Origin: Clostridia bacterium
GTDB taxonomy: Bacteria; Bacillota; Clostridia; UMGS1810
DNA length: 64,000 bases
Assembly: GCA_017621495.1 (NCBI GenBank)
Contig: JAGATB010000033.1
Span: forward strand, 70,310 to 134,309
Direction of reading: 5' to 3'
A program made the translations under genes and the position numbers. Shown piece after piece: positions 56,003-64,000 of this stretch. The notes under the pieces were generated by a model that was not told where the DNA came from, did not search any database, and saw only the letters and a program-made list of their open reading frames with translations. Position 1 is the first letter of the stretch. Each line of letters starts with the position of its first letter.

Positions 56003-56800
56003 TTATTTGCCCAATTCTTCCATTACCTTCTTTGTGATAGAAGCGATGAGGTCAGCATCAACATTTGATGAACATTTGGAATCCACGCCCTGCTTGCAGT
56101 TGTGACAGCTGTCTCCGTGAACGTTGAGGCAGATATCTGCAGGGTGCTTACCTGTCATGCCGAATGCTTTTCTGATTTCATAAAGTCTCTTAACCTGTGC
56201 AGAGGATAATTCCTTAGGTCCGCCGAGAACCTTTGAATGATAGAGAAGCTCTGCATAAAATTCGAGAGATTCCATCTTGTGATATGCAGAAAGAAGACTG
56301 TCTGAGTAGGAGAGTGCACCGTGATTTGCAAGAAGAACTGCATCAAAGTGCTGTAAGTATTTCTCTACTGCATCGGGGATTTCTTCTGTGGAAGGTGTAC
56401 CGTAGTCCGCAATCGGTACGCATCCGAGAGCGATTACTGCTTCAGGCATAATCGGCTGTGTGAGCGGAATGCCTGCTATAGCAAAGCTTGTTGCATAGAT
56501 AGGATGTGCATGTACGACTGATTTAACATCAGGTCTCTCTCTGTAAACTCTCATATGCATTTTGATTTCGGAAGATGGACGGAAGTTACCGTTTGCGGAA
56601 ATTACATTGCCGTTACCGTCTACCTTACAGATATAGTCGGGAGTCATGAAGCCCTTACTTACACCTGTAGGTGTGCAGAGAAATTCATTTTCGCCAATCT
56701 TAACGGAGATGTTACCGTCGTTGGAAGCAACCATTCCTCTGTCGTAAATTCTCTTACCGATTTCGCAGATTTGTTTTTTGATTTCGTATTCGTTTACCAT
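56003..56800 (-). CDS. Class II aldolase (L-fuculose/rhamnulose-1-phosphate aldolase family) with a Cys-rich linker and a C-terminal encapsulation-peptide-like helix
   Basis: Motifs SNDGNISV, RPSSEIKMHMRVY, the Zn ligands VVHAHPIYAT and LANHGALS. The C-terminal 50 aa are HGDSCHNCKQGVDSKCSSNVDADLIASITKKVMEELGK. Confidence 0.88.
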   Translation of the reverse strand: MVNEYEIKKQICEIGKRIYDRGMVASNDGNISVKIGENEFLCTPTGVSKGFMTPDYICKVDGNGNVISANGNFRPSSEIKMHMRVYRERPDVKSVVHAHPIYATSFAIAGIPLTQPIMPEAVIALGCVPIADYGTPSTEEIPDAVEKYLQHFDAVLLANHGALSYSDSLLSAYHKMESLEFYAELLYHSKVLGGPKELSSAQVKRLYEIRKAFGMTGKHPADICLNVHGDSCHNCKQGVDSKCSSNVDADLIASITKKVMEELGK

Positions 56801-56841
56801 TTCTATATCTCCTTATATAAAATTTTATTGCTTATAATGTA

Positions 56842-56870
56842 ATGATACCACATTTAACATAAACTGTCAA
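56842..56870 (-). promoter_or_regulatory. Putative internal sigma-A promoter ahead of the aldolase gene
   Basis: On the minus strand: TTGACA, a 17-nt spacer, then TGgTATCAT. It is embedded in a 9-bp-stem hairpin (56847-56884). Confidence 0.45.
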
Positions 56871-56888
56871 TACAAAAATGTGGTTTTT

Positions 56889-57377
56889 TTAATTTTTTTC
56901 TTTGTTTTTGTTGGTTTTTGTTTCAGGCCACCCTAAATAAGCTTTTATTTCGTCAATTCCTTGGTTTGCAAGAGAGTTGACTTTAAAGATTTTTTTGCAT
57001 CCGGCTAGCCTCAACCAATTTTCTGCGTTATGAACATTTGCGTTTTTGTGGTCTACCTTTGTTATTATTCCTATTACCTCTTTGGTAGTCATGCAAGTTA
57101 TGTTGGGGCTGTACAGAGAATAGGGCTCGGTGGCACTTAGCAGGAGTCCTATCACGTCAGCTTCATATGAATAAATAGCAAGTGCAGTACCGAAGTTCTT
57201 GGTTTGTATATATTCACCCGGAGTGTCTATAAGCAAATCATCCATGCTTATTGCCTGTGTTTTTTCGTACTCAATCGGTTTTTGACGAAGAGCCTGCGTT
57301 AATGTGGTTTTGCCGGCTTCGCTTCTGCCTATGAGCATCAGTCGTTTATGCTTTCTCATGTTTTTGTAATGGAGCAC
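56889..57377 (-). CDS. pduV: EutP/PduV-family small GTPase
   Basis: The P-loop is LIGRSEAGKTTLTQAL, followed by DTPGEY. The true start may be the Met at 57359 (MRKHKRLMLIG). Confidence 0.85.
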   Translation of the reverse strand: MLHYKNMRKHKRLMLIGRSEAGKTTLTQALRQKPIEYEKTQAISMDDLLIDTPGEYIQTKNFGTALAIYSYEADVIGLLLSATEPYSLYSPNITCMTTKEVIGIITKVDHKNANVHNAENWLRLAGCKKIFKVNSLANQGIDEIKAYLGWPETKTNKNKEKN

Positions 57378-57751
57378 ACTTCATATCCGAGGGTGCTTTT
57401 CATATAATCACTTACCGCATCGAAAGCCGCCTGAACCGAAGATACAGTACCTGTAATTATCAAAGTACCGCTGAATCTGTCCACGAAGCCAATCTCTGCA
57501 CCGGAGGCTTTGATTGCTATATCTCCCGCTATGATTGCTGTTTCACTGGGGGACACCGTCATTACTCCGATTGCTCCTTTGTTGTAGTCTTCGGAGGTGT
57601 CAAGACCGAGCTTTTGATATAGTATATCATCGGGGTTTGCTATTATATGGAGCAGTGTTATTTGTTTGCCGGGTACTAACTCTTGAACTATCCTTACTTT
57701 ATCCTGAAGCGATAATTTGTCCATAATATCTATCCTTTCTTCATCCGCCAA
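57356..57751 (-). CDS. Circularly permuted BMC-H shell protein (EutS/PduU type)
   Basis: RIVQELVPGKQITLLHIIANP and GVMTVSPSETAIIAGDIAIKASGAEIGFVDRFSGTLIITG are typical of EutS/PduU. Confidence 0.85.
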   Translation of the reverse strand: MADEERIDIMDKLSLQDKVRIVQELVPGKQITLLHIIANPDDILYQKLGLDTSEDYNKGAIGVMTVSPSETAIIAGDIAIKASGAEIGFVDRFSGTLIITGTVSSVQAAFDAVSDYMKSTLGYEVCSITKT

Positions 57752-58526
57752 TCTGACATTTGAGACCGCAGCTTTCCACAGCGGATTTCAAATCGTTCAT
57801 CTTTTCGTCTGATGGTGTAGTTAAGTCTTTTAACTCATAGCATCTGCCCAGGTATGTATACTTGTCTTCACCGAGTCTGTGGTAGGGCAATAGATGAAGC
57901 TCGTCAACTGTTCCCAATTCCTTAGTAAATCTGGCTATATCGGTTATTTCAGATACAGTATCGTTAAAGGTGGGAATCACCGGAACTCTTATTATGAGTC
58001 TATTTGCATTTTTTGCAATCTTTTTCGCATTTTCCAGTATCAGCTCATTTGACTGCGATGTAAACAGCTTATGCTTTTGTGAGTTCATATGCTTGATATC
58101 CATCAAGTAAACATCTATGTAAGGCAAAAGCTTTTCTATTGTCTCATACTTGGCAAAGCCGGTACTTTCAATCGCTGTGGTGATACCGTTTTCTTTAGCA
58201 GCCATAAACAGTGCCTTGGCAAATTCCGGCTGCAGCAAGGTTTCTCCGCCGGAGAGGGTTATTCCTCCGCCGGAACGTCTGAAGTAGGGCATATCCTTTA
58301 ATATGTCTTCGATTATTTCTCCTACACTGACGTCTCTGCCTATGGTTTTGGTACCCTGAGGAGTGTTCATCGTCTGTATTTCCGCTGATTGTGATTCCGG
58401 ATTACAGCACCACTTACACCTAAGTGCACAGCCCTTTAAAAACACAATTGTTCTTATTCCCGGACCGTCATGTACGGAGAATTTTTGTATGTCAAATATT
58501 CGGCCTCTTACATTATATATATCCAT
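57741..58526 (-). CDS. Glycyl-radical enzyme activating enzyme (radical SAM), short PflA-like form
   Basis: Motifs FSVHDGPGIRTIVFLKGCALRCKWCCNPE (CX3CX2C) and ITLSGGE. It is 261 aa long, with no additional CX2CX2CX3C ferredoxin-like insert. Confidence 0.9.
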   Translation of the reverse strand: MDIYNVRGRIFDIQKFSVHDGPGIRTIVFLKGCALRCKWCCNPESQSAEIQTMNTPQGTKTIGRDVSVGEIIEDILKDMPYFRRSGGGITLSGGETLLQPEFAKALFMAAKENGITTAIESTGFAKYETIEKLLPYIDVYLMDIKHMNSQKHKLFTSQSNELILENAKKIAKNANRLIIRVPVIPTFNDTVSEITDIARFTKELGTVDELHLLPYHRLGEDKYTYLGRCYELKDLTTPSDEKMNDLKSAVESCGLKCQIGG

Positions 58527-61045
58527 CAGAATCCACCTTGCTCCGTTCTTCTTATGATGTCATCCTGCAGTGATTTGGAAAGAGTAGTAAACAGAGCACT
58601 GTATCCTGCCACACGCACCACAAGGCTCTTGTAATTTTCGGGATGCTTCTGGGCATCAATCAGTGTGTCACGGCTTACTACGTTAAACTGCATGTGACTG
58701 CCTTTCTGGTCAAAATACCCTCTCACCAGTGCAGCGAAGCTTTCGAGACCGCTCTGTCCTTTAAGTGCTGTGGGATGGAACTTCATATTAAACAGAGTTC
58801 CGTTGGATGCTATAAAGTGGTCAAGCTTTGCTACCGAGTTACAGGAAGCTGTGGGACCGTTTACATCTCTGCCGGCACAGGGAGACACACCGTCAGCTAC
58901 GGGAGTGAATGCAAGTCTGCCGTCGGGAGTAGCACCGGTCTGAGCACCGAGAGGTACATTGGCAGATACAGGGTATAAGCCTGCCTGATACATACCGCCT
59001 CTTGGATTTTTGTGCTTTTCAAGGGGTTTGGTGTATGTATATGCCACTTCTCTTGCCAGGAGGTCTATCTCTTCTATATCATTTCCATACTTGGGAAGTG
59101 CTTCTATAGCTTCATAGAGTTCTTTGTATCTGTCATCAAATTTTTCCGACTTCGCTCTCATATATACATCTGCAATTTGCTTTTCGGTAAGCTCTACACC
59201 GCTTGAATACAGATGTTTTACTATAGCCGTAGTTACTGCTTGAGCATCGCTGTCGTTTAAAGCTCCGAAGCCGAAGTTGTTTTCCATGGCTTCTTTGAAT
59301 TGACAAAGAGTAAACCTCTTTTCATCATATACAAGCTTCTTTACAGCATACATAGCATCTGCCATATTTGCAATTCCAAATCCCTGCGGACCGGTAAAGT
59401 TGTAAATCGCACCGCCCTCCTGTACGGATTTTCCTCTGCCTATGCAGTCCTCAATCATAGAGGAAAGGAAGGGCAGCGGACATCTCTTGGCGTGTGCCAC
59501 GTCTATTGCATTGTCTGCGTTTACCAGAAGCTTAATCTGGTATTCCATCTGCTTCTTGTATGCATCAAAGAATTTTTCAAATGTATCTAATTCGGGCAGT
59601 TCGCCTGTGCGTATACCCACAAGCTCACCTTTGTCCATACCGTTGTTAAATACAAGTTCTATTATACGGCACATATTGAAGAATGCCGCATCGTGCCAAC
59701 CATCGGTTTTTCCTGATTTTTGAGGTTCTACACAGCCTATTATATTGTAATCTCTGGCATCTTCAAGACTTAGTCCCCGGCTTACCAAAGCAGGGATTAT
59801 AACCTCGTCATTGTAAAATGCAGGCAAGCCCAAGCCCATTCTGGTAAGCTTGGCTGCAGCTATCATAAAGCTGTGAGGAGTACCATTCCATATTCTCACA
59901 GAGAAAGACGGCTGCGGCAGAGCAACATGCATCGTAGCATATATTGTCATAAATGACAGCTCGTTGGTAGCATCGAGACCCTCAGAGGTCTGACCGCCTG
60001 CAATTAAATTCTGGAACAGGCTGTATCCTGCAAATCCTTCAGCAGAAGCAGCATCTCTGACTTTGTTGAGGTCATTGAGCTTTACCCATATGCAGTCTAT
60101 GAGCTCCTGAGCACTTTCCAATGTTATGACACCCTTGTCAAGGTCCGCCTTAAAGTAGGGGTACATGTACTGGTCAAATCTTCCCGGTGATATAGAATGT
60201 CCTGATGACTCGGTCTGCAGGAGCATCTGCACAAACCAGAATGCCTGGCAGGCTTCGTAAAAGGACTTTGCGCCGTTTTCGAGTGCAGTTGAGCACACTT
60301 CTGATATTTTCATCAACTCGGACTTTCTTGTCGGGTCACTCTCTTTTAATGCCATCTCCTTAGCCAATGCACTATAGCGTTTGGAGTAATTTACGGCGGC
60401 ATCTATACTTTCGATTACAGCATTTAAAAAAGAGGATTTTGTTATGTAATCTTCATCTTCAAAGCTGCATCGAGCCAGCTCAGCCTTAGCTTTGTCTGCT
60501 ATACCTTTAAGACCCGATTCCAGGATTTCTCCGTAATTTACAGTGACATGACCTACACCGTTATAAAAATAATTTCCTGGTGTGAATATGTTGTGCTCCA
60601 TAGCGGTGAGAGTTTCTTTTGACATGAATGAGGTTGCCAGGTCGCTGGTTGTTTTGCCGCCCCAGTATGCATATACTTCTTTGAGCTTGGCTTTGGTTTC
60701 ATCCGATATATAGAATGGGTCTGCACTTCTGGTTGCAACAGTTTCAAACTCATCTTCAAGCCACTTATATGAAAACTCAGGGAATGTCTGACAGCCTCTG
60801 GGAGCTTTGGTAGCACTGCCTACTATAAGCTCATTATCCCTTATAGTAATCGGTATATTGTTTAATATGTGACTGAAAGCCTTTGCTCTTCTCTCTATTA
60901 CGGGTAGATTTTCCGTAGATTTATAGCTTTCGGTAAGCAGTATGGCTCTGTCAGCTTCAATCTCGGGCATTTTGGCAAACAGTGCATCCTTCAGCATATC
61001 AATTCTGGGACTTTTTGCTATCTCTTTAAAGTTAAAGTGTTTCAT
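58526..61045 (-). CDS. Glycyl radical enzyme, diol/glycerol-dehydratase-like
   Basis: The C-terminal glycyl radical motif is VVRVAGYSALF. The Cys loop is IIGCVEPQKSGKTDGWHDAAFFN, which is dehydratase-type rather than CutC-type. It is 839 aa long. Confidence 0.9.
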   Translation of the reverse strand: MKHFNFKEIAKSPRIDMLKDALFAKMPEIEADRAILLTESYKSTENLPVIERRAKAFSHILNNIPITIRDNELIVGSATKAPRGCQTFPEFSYKWLEDEFETVATRSADPFYISDETKAKLKEVYAYWGGKTTSDLATSFMSKETLTAMEHNIFTPGNYFYNGVGHVTVNYGEILESGLKGIADKAKAELARCSFEDEDYITKSSFLNAVIESIDAAVNYSKRYSALAKEMALKESDPTRKSELMKISEVCSTALENGAKSFYEACQAFWFVQMLLQTESSGHSISPGRFDQYMYPYFKADLDKGVITLESAQELIDCIWVKLNDLNKVRDAASAEGFAGYSLFQNLIAGGQTSEGLDATNELSFMTIYATMHVALPQPSFSVRIWNGTPHSFMIAAAKLTRMGLGLPAFYNDEVIIPALVSRGLSLEDARDYNIIGCVEPQKSGKTDGWHDAAFFNMCRIIELVFNNGMDKGELVGIRTGELPELDTFEKFFDAYKKQMEYQIKLLVNADNAIDVAHAKRCPLPFLSSMIEDCIGRGKSVQEGGAIYNFTGPQGFGIANMADAMYAVKKLVYDEKRFTLCQFKEAMENNFGFGALNDSDAQAVTTAIVKHLYSSGVELTEKQIADVYMRAKSEKFDDRYKELYEAIEALPKYGNDIEEIDLLAREVAYTYTKPLEKHKNPRGGMYQAGLYPVSANVPLGAQTGATPDGRLAFTPVADGVSPCAGRDVNGPTASCNSVAKLDHFIASNGTLFNMKFHPTALKGQSGLESFAALVRGYFDQKGSHMQFNVVSRDTLIDAQKHPENYKSLVVRVAGYSALFTTLSKSLQDDIIRRTEQGGF

Positions 61046-61063
61046 AATCCTACCTCCTGTATC

Positions 61064-61768
61064 TTAAATTATCCTTGCAATTTCATCTTCTATATTATAT
61101 GTAACTTTGTCCGCACACTTTTTGACGGAAGGCAATGCACCTGCCACAGCATAGGAGGTGTCGCATTCATTAAACATTCCCAAGTCGTTTGTATTGTCGC
61201 CAAATGCATATGCGTCTTTAGAGTTAACCTCCAGTTTACTTAAAATAAGCCTCACAGCCTTGCCTTTGTCTGCGTTAGCTGAAATATATTCATTCATTTC
61301 ATGATTCTTATAAACTACCGACAGCGGGCAGGGTACACTCATGTCAAAATCAGATATTTTGTATATATCTTCCGATATATCCCACACTGATTCAATCTTC
61401 ATTACATGATTGCGGTATCGCTTCATGGTTTCACGTATGGTCAGGGAGCTTTTGCTGCAGATATATGTCACATACTTACCATGTGCAGTAAAGCTTTTGA
61501 AGTGTTCAAAGAGCTTCTTATCGACAGCTTCGCCGAGCAGTGTTTGTTCTCGCCTGACTACAAGTGAGCCGTCATTGGCAGCAAACCATATGTCGTTTTC
61601 AAATTCTTTAAACAGATGTTTAAGCTCGATGTATGTTCTGCCGGATGCTACTGCGAATTCATTACCGCTGTCCAGGATGGAGTATATTGACTTTTTAATA
61701 TTCTTATTAAGTTCGGTTTCGCCTTTTAGAAGCAAAGTACCGTCCAAATCGGAAAAAATAACCTTCAT
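61064..61768 (-). CDS. Cof-type HAD-IIB phosphatase, first gene of the microcompartment operon
   Basis: Motifs VIFSDLDGTLL, VASGRT and the C-terminal AFGDNTNDLGMF. It lies 19 nt upstream of the GRE gene on the same strand. Confidence 0.8.
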   Translation of the reverse strand: MKVIFSDLDGTLLLKGETELNKNIKKSIYSILDSGNEFAVASGRTYIELKHLFKEFENDIWFAANDGSLVVRREQTLLGEAVDKKLFEHFKSFTAHGKYVTYICSKSSLTIRETMKRYRNHVMKIESVWDISEDIYKISDFDMSVPCPLSVVYKNHEMNEYISANADKGKAVRLILSKLEVNSKDAYAFGDNTNDLGMFNECDTSYAVAGALPSVKKCADKVTYNIEDEIARII

Positions 61769-61796
61769 TCTGATACTCCTTATATTAGATATCTAT

Positions 61797-61825
61797 ATTG
61801 TATAACATAAATGAGAAAAAGTCAA
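61797..61825 (-). promoter_or_regulatory. Sigma-A promoter of the microcompartment operon
   Basis: On the minus strand: TTGACT, a 17-nt spacer, then TACAAT. This is followed by a leader and AAGGAG before the HAD ATG. Confidence 0.6.
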
Positions 61826-61908
61826 GAGAAACTAACAAAAATAAAAGCAAAAACAAATAAAACAAAGATTTTCCAAAAAATAAGTTTAAAAGTTATTTGA
61901 TAAAGTTG

Positions 61909-61937
61909 TTGAAATCTCGTTTATTTTTTGATATAAT
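61909..61937 (+). promoter_or_regulatory. Sigma-A promoter of the NagD-like gene
   Basis: TTGAAA, a 17-nt spacer, then TATAAT. Confidence 0.6.
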
Positions 61938-62039
61938 ATCCATAATATGTTAAGATGGATTTAATATAATCATGATATCAGATTTTACACAACCTGTGTT
62001 ATCATTATATATAGCTATGATAAAATGGAGGTAATAATA

Positions 62040-62837
62040 ATGGGAAAAATTAATTTTAATGAGATGAAGGGATTTATATGCGATATGGACGGTGTCATAT
62101 ATCACGGCAATAAAATTCTGCCCGGAGTTGTAGAATTCATTGACTGGCTGCACGAAAATAACAAGGAATACCTCTTCCTCACCAACAGCAGTAATTGTAC
62201 ACCCAGGGAATTAAATCAAAAGCTTGCACGTATGGGGCTGGATGTCCCCGAGGAGCACTTTTATACCAGTGCCTTGGCTACTGCCGCATTTCTTAAGGAG
62301 CAGGCTCCCGGCTGTTCTGTATATGCTATCGGTGAGGCAGGCTTATTTAATGCGTTATATGATGCCGGTATCACAATGAATGACGTGAATCCCGATTATG
62401 TAGTTATAGGAGAGGGCAAGACCTATTCACTTGATACACTCACCAAAGCTACCAATCTCGTGCTTAAGGGTGCCAAATTAATCGGTGCCAACTCCGACCT
62501 TACAGGTCCCATAGAGAACGGCATTGCACCTGCATGCAAGGCACTTACTGCACCAATCGAGATGGCTACAGGCAAGCAGGCGTATTTCTGCGGTAAGCCC
62601 AATCCCCTTATGATGCGCACCGGGCTTAGGATACTTAACTGTCATTCCCGTGATGCGGTTATGGTGGGTGACCGTATGGATACAGATGTCATCTCCGGTC
62701 TGGAGAGCGGTATGTCTACCGTCCTTGTGCTGTCCGGAATATCCACCAGAGAAACTCTTGCCACATATGCATATCGTCCTACGGTAGTGCTGGATGGTGT
62801 GGGTGATATTGTCAAAGAAGCCAAAGCGAGCTTATAA
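62040..62837 (+). CDS. HAD-IIA family phosphatase (NagD/UMPase-like)
   Basis: Motifs FICDMDGVIYHGN, LFLTNSS and MVGDRMDTDVISG. The start is at the SD-supported ATG 62040. Confidence 0.85.
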   Translation: MGKINFNEMKGFICDMDGVIYHGNKILPGVVEFIDWLHENNKEYLFLTNSSNCTPRELNQKLARMGLDVPEEHFYTSALATAAFLKEQAPGCSVYAIGEAGLFNALYDAGITMNDVNPDYVVIGEGKTYSLDTLTKATNLVLKGAKLIGANSDLTGPIENGIAPACKALTAPIEMATGKQAYFCGKPNPLMMRTGLRILNCHSRDAVMVGDRMDTDVISGLESGMSTVLVLSGISTRETLATYAYRPTVVLDGVGDIVKEAKASL

Positions 62838-62943
62838 TAATTATTATAGATTATTTTATACATTATATTATTGACTTTATATGCCAAATGGGTGTATAAT
62901 TAAATGTCAATATTATACAGCAGGGTCAAAAGGAGGAAATGGT

Positions 62944-63951
62944 ATGAACAAATTGTATGTACCCGCAGGTTATAAACCACAGCTTGACAGATACGATACT
63001 CAGAGAGCTATCGCATACATAAAGCAAACATTTCAGGAGGAGTTTTCTTCTGCGCTTAATTTAAAGCGTGTGTCGGCTCCGCTGTTTGTTACCGAGTCTT
63101 CGGGTCTCAATGATAATCTTAACGGATATGAAAGACCGGTTTCCTTTGATGTACCTGCCATAGGTACTGATGCTCAGATTGTACATTCGCTTGCCAAATG
63201 GAAGCGACTCGCACTAAAGAGGTACGATTTCAGTGTGGGCAACGGTCTGTATACAGACATGAATGCTATAAGACGTGATGAAGAATTGGATAATCTCCAT
63301 TCAATATACGTTGACCAGTGGGACTGGGAAAAGGTCATCACACGTGAGTCCCGCAATGTTGATTACCTCAAGCTGGTGGTCAGTGCCATTGTCAAAGCAA
63401 TATGCGATACCAATGACAGATTAAGGGTTCGCTACCCCACATTGTCTGCCAATCTTTGCCCCAAGGTTTCCTTTGTTACCACTCAGGAGCTTGAGGATAT
63501 GTATCCGGATATGACTGCCAATGAAAGGGAAAATGCATATGTCAAAGAGCATAAGACAGCATTTATCATGCAGATAGGCGGAGCACTCAAATCCGGCAAG
63601 CCCCATGATGGCAGAGCTCCGGATTATGATGATTGGAGCTTAAACGGAGATATATTCTTCTGGAATGAAACCCTGGGCAGAGGTATAGAGATATCCTCCA
63701 TGGGTATCAGAGTAGATGCTGATTCCCTGGACAGACAGCTTACCATTGCCGGCTGTGACGACAGAAGGAATTTGGAGTTTCATAAGATGCTCTTAAATGA
63801 TGAGCTTCCCCTTACCATAGGCGGCGGCATAGGTCAGTCCAGACTTTGTATGCTTATGCTGGGCTGTGCTCATATCGGCGAAGTGCAGGTAAGTATATGG
63901 GATGACGAAACTGTAAAGAAATGTGAACAAGCGGGCATACCGTTATTATAA
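62944..63951 (+). CDS. asnA: Aspartate--ammonia ligase (asparagine synthetase A)
   Basis: Motifs TQRAIAYIKQTFQEEFSSALNLKRVSAPLFV, IRRDEELDNLHSIYVDQWDWE and GGGIGQSRLCMLML. The start is at ATG 62944 after AAAGGAGG. Confidence 0.92.
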   Translation: MNKLYVPAGYKPQLDRYDTQRAIAYIKQTFQEEFSSALNLKRVSAPLFVTESSGLNDNLNGYERPVSFDVPAIGTDAQIVHSLAKWKRLALKRYDFSVGNGLYTDMNAIRRDEELDNLHSIYVDQWDWEKVITRESRNVDYLKLVVSAIVKAICDTNDRLRVRYPTLSANLCPKVSFVTTQELEDMYPDMTANERENAYVKEHKTAFIMQIGGALKSGKPHDGRAPDYDDWSLNGDIFFWNETLGRGIEISSMGIRVDADSLDRQLTIAGCDDRRNLEFHKMLLNDELPLTIGGGIGQSRLCMLMLGCAHIGEVQVSIWDDETVKKCEQAGIPLL

Positions 63952-64000
63952 ATTATTACTGAGGTGTAGATATGAAGATTAAAGAATTATACAGGACATA

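Noticed and set aside
1-64000. CRISPR arrays, rRNA genes, IS elements or transposases, and toxin-antitoxin or known defence-system genes
   Set aside because: Reading both strands, I found no regularly spaced direct repeats, no rRNA-like sequence, no transposase-like ORF and no defence-associated domains. The only mobile signature is the integrase/tRNA junction at the left edge.

Overview
This is a low-GC Firmicutes chromosome segment that looks like a spore-forming Clostridia genome, given yqfC, yqfD, ylbJ, a ytxC-like gene and a Bacillus-type long SRP RNA. All calls come from reading the supplied ORFs and DNA; no searches were run.

Layout:
- 1-2.6 kb: the right end of an integrated element. 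A tyrosine integrase abuts tRNA-Thr(CGU), and a truncated second tRNA-Thr copy lies nearby.
- 2.6-11.8 kb: housekeeping genes (DUF3048 lipoprotein, cysK, M42 peptidase, radical SAM, Ca-ATPase).
- 11.9-18.3 kb: a visibly AT-richer island with a divergent AraC regulator. It encodes an ADP-ribosylglycohydrolase-fold protein, a GH38-like protein that lacks the expected nucleophile Asp, and a HAD phosphatase. It has no transporter.
- 18.3-41.8 kb: SRP RNA-dnaX, hom-thrB-aspartokinase, rlmB-copA, ACT/UPF0210, a 3D-domain wall protein, ylbJ, yqfC-yqfD-phoH-ybeY-dgkA-era-(yqzL-like)-recO, ppdK and recQ.
- 42.0-47.3 kb: an atypical carbamoyl-phosphate synthetase operon. The CarA homologue has all three glutaminase triad positions substituted. 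CarB is fused in frame to a DapF-like domain that lacks one of its two catalytic cysteines.
- 47.4-61.8 kb: a DeoR regulator plus a roughly 13.5 kb glycyl-radical-enzyme microcompartment (GRM) operon. It has a class II aldolase, a GlcG-like protein, a Zn-ADH, PduP, PduL, PduS-like and six shell genes, and several cargo proteins carry encapsulation-peptide-like helices.
- 62-64 kb: a NagD-like HAD gene and asnA.

The best candidates for something undescribed are the carA*/carB-dapF* operon, the ARH/GH38-like/HAD island, and an unexplained 123-codon open frame without a canonical start inside the GRM operon.
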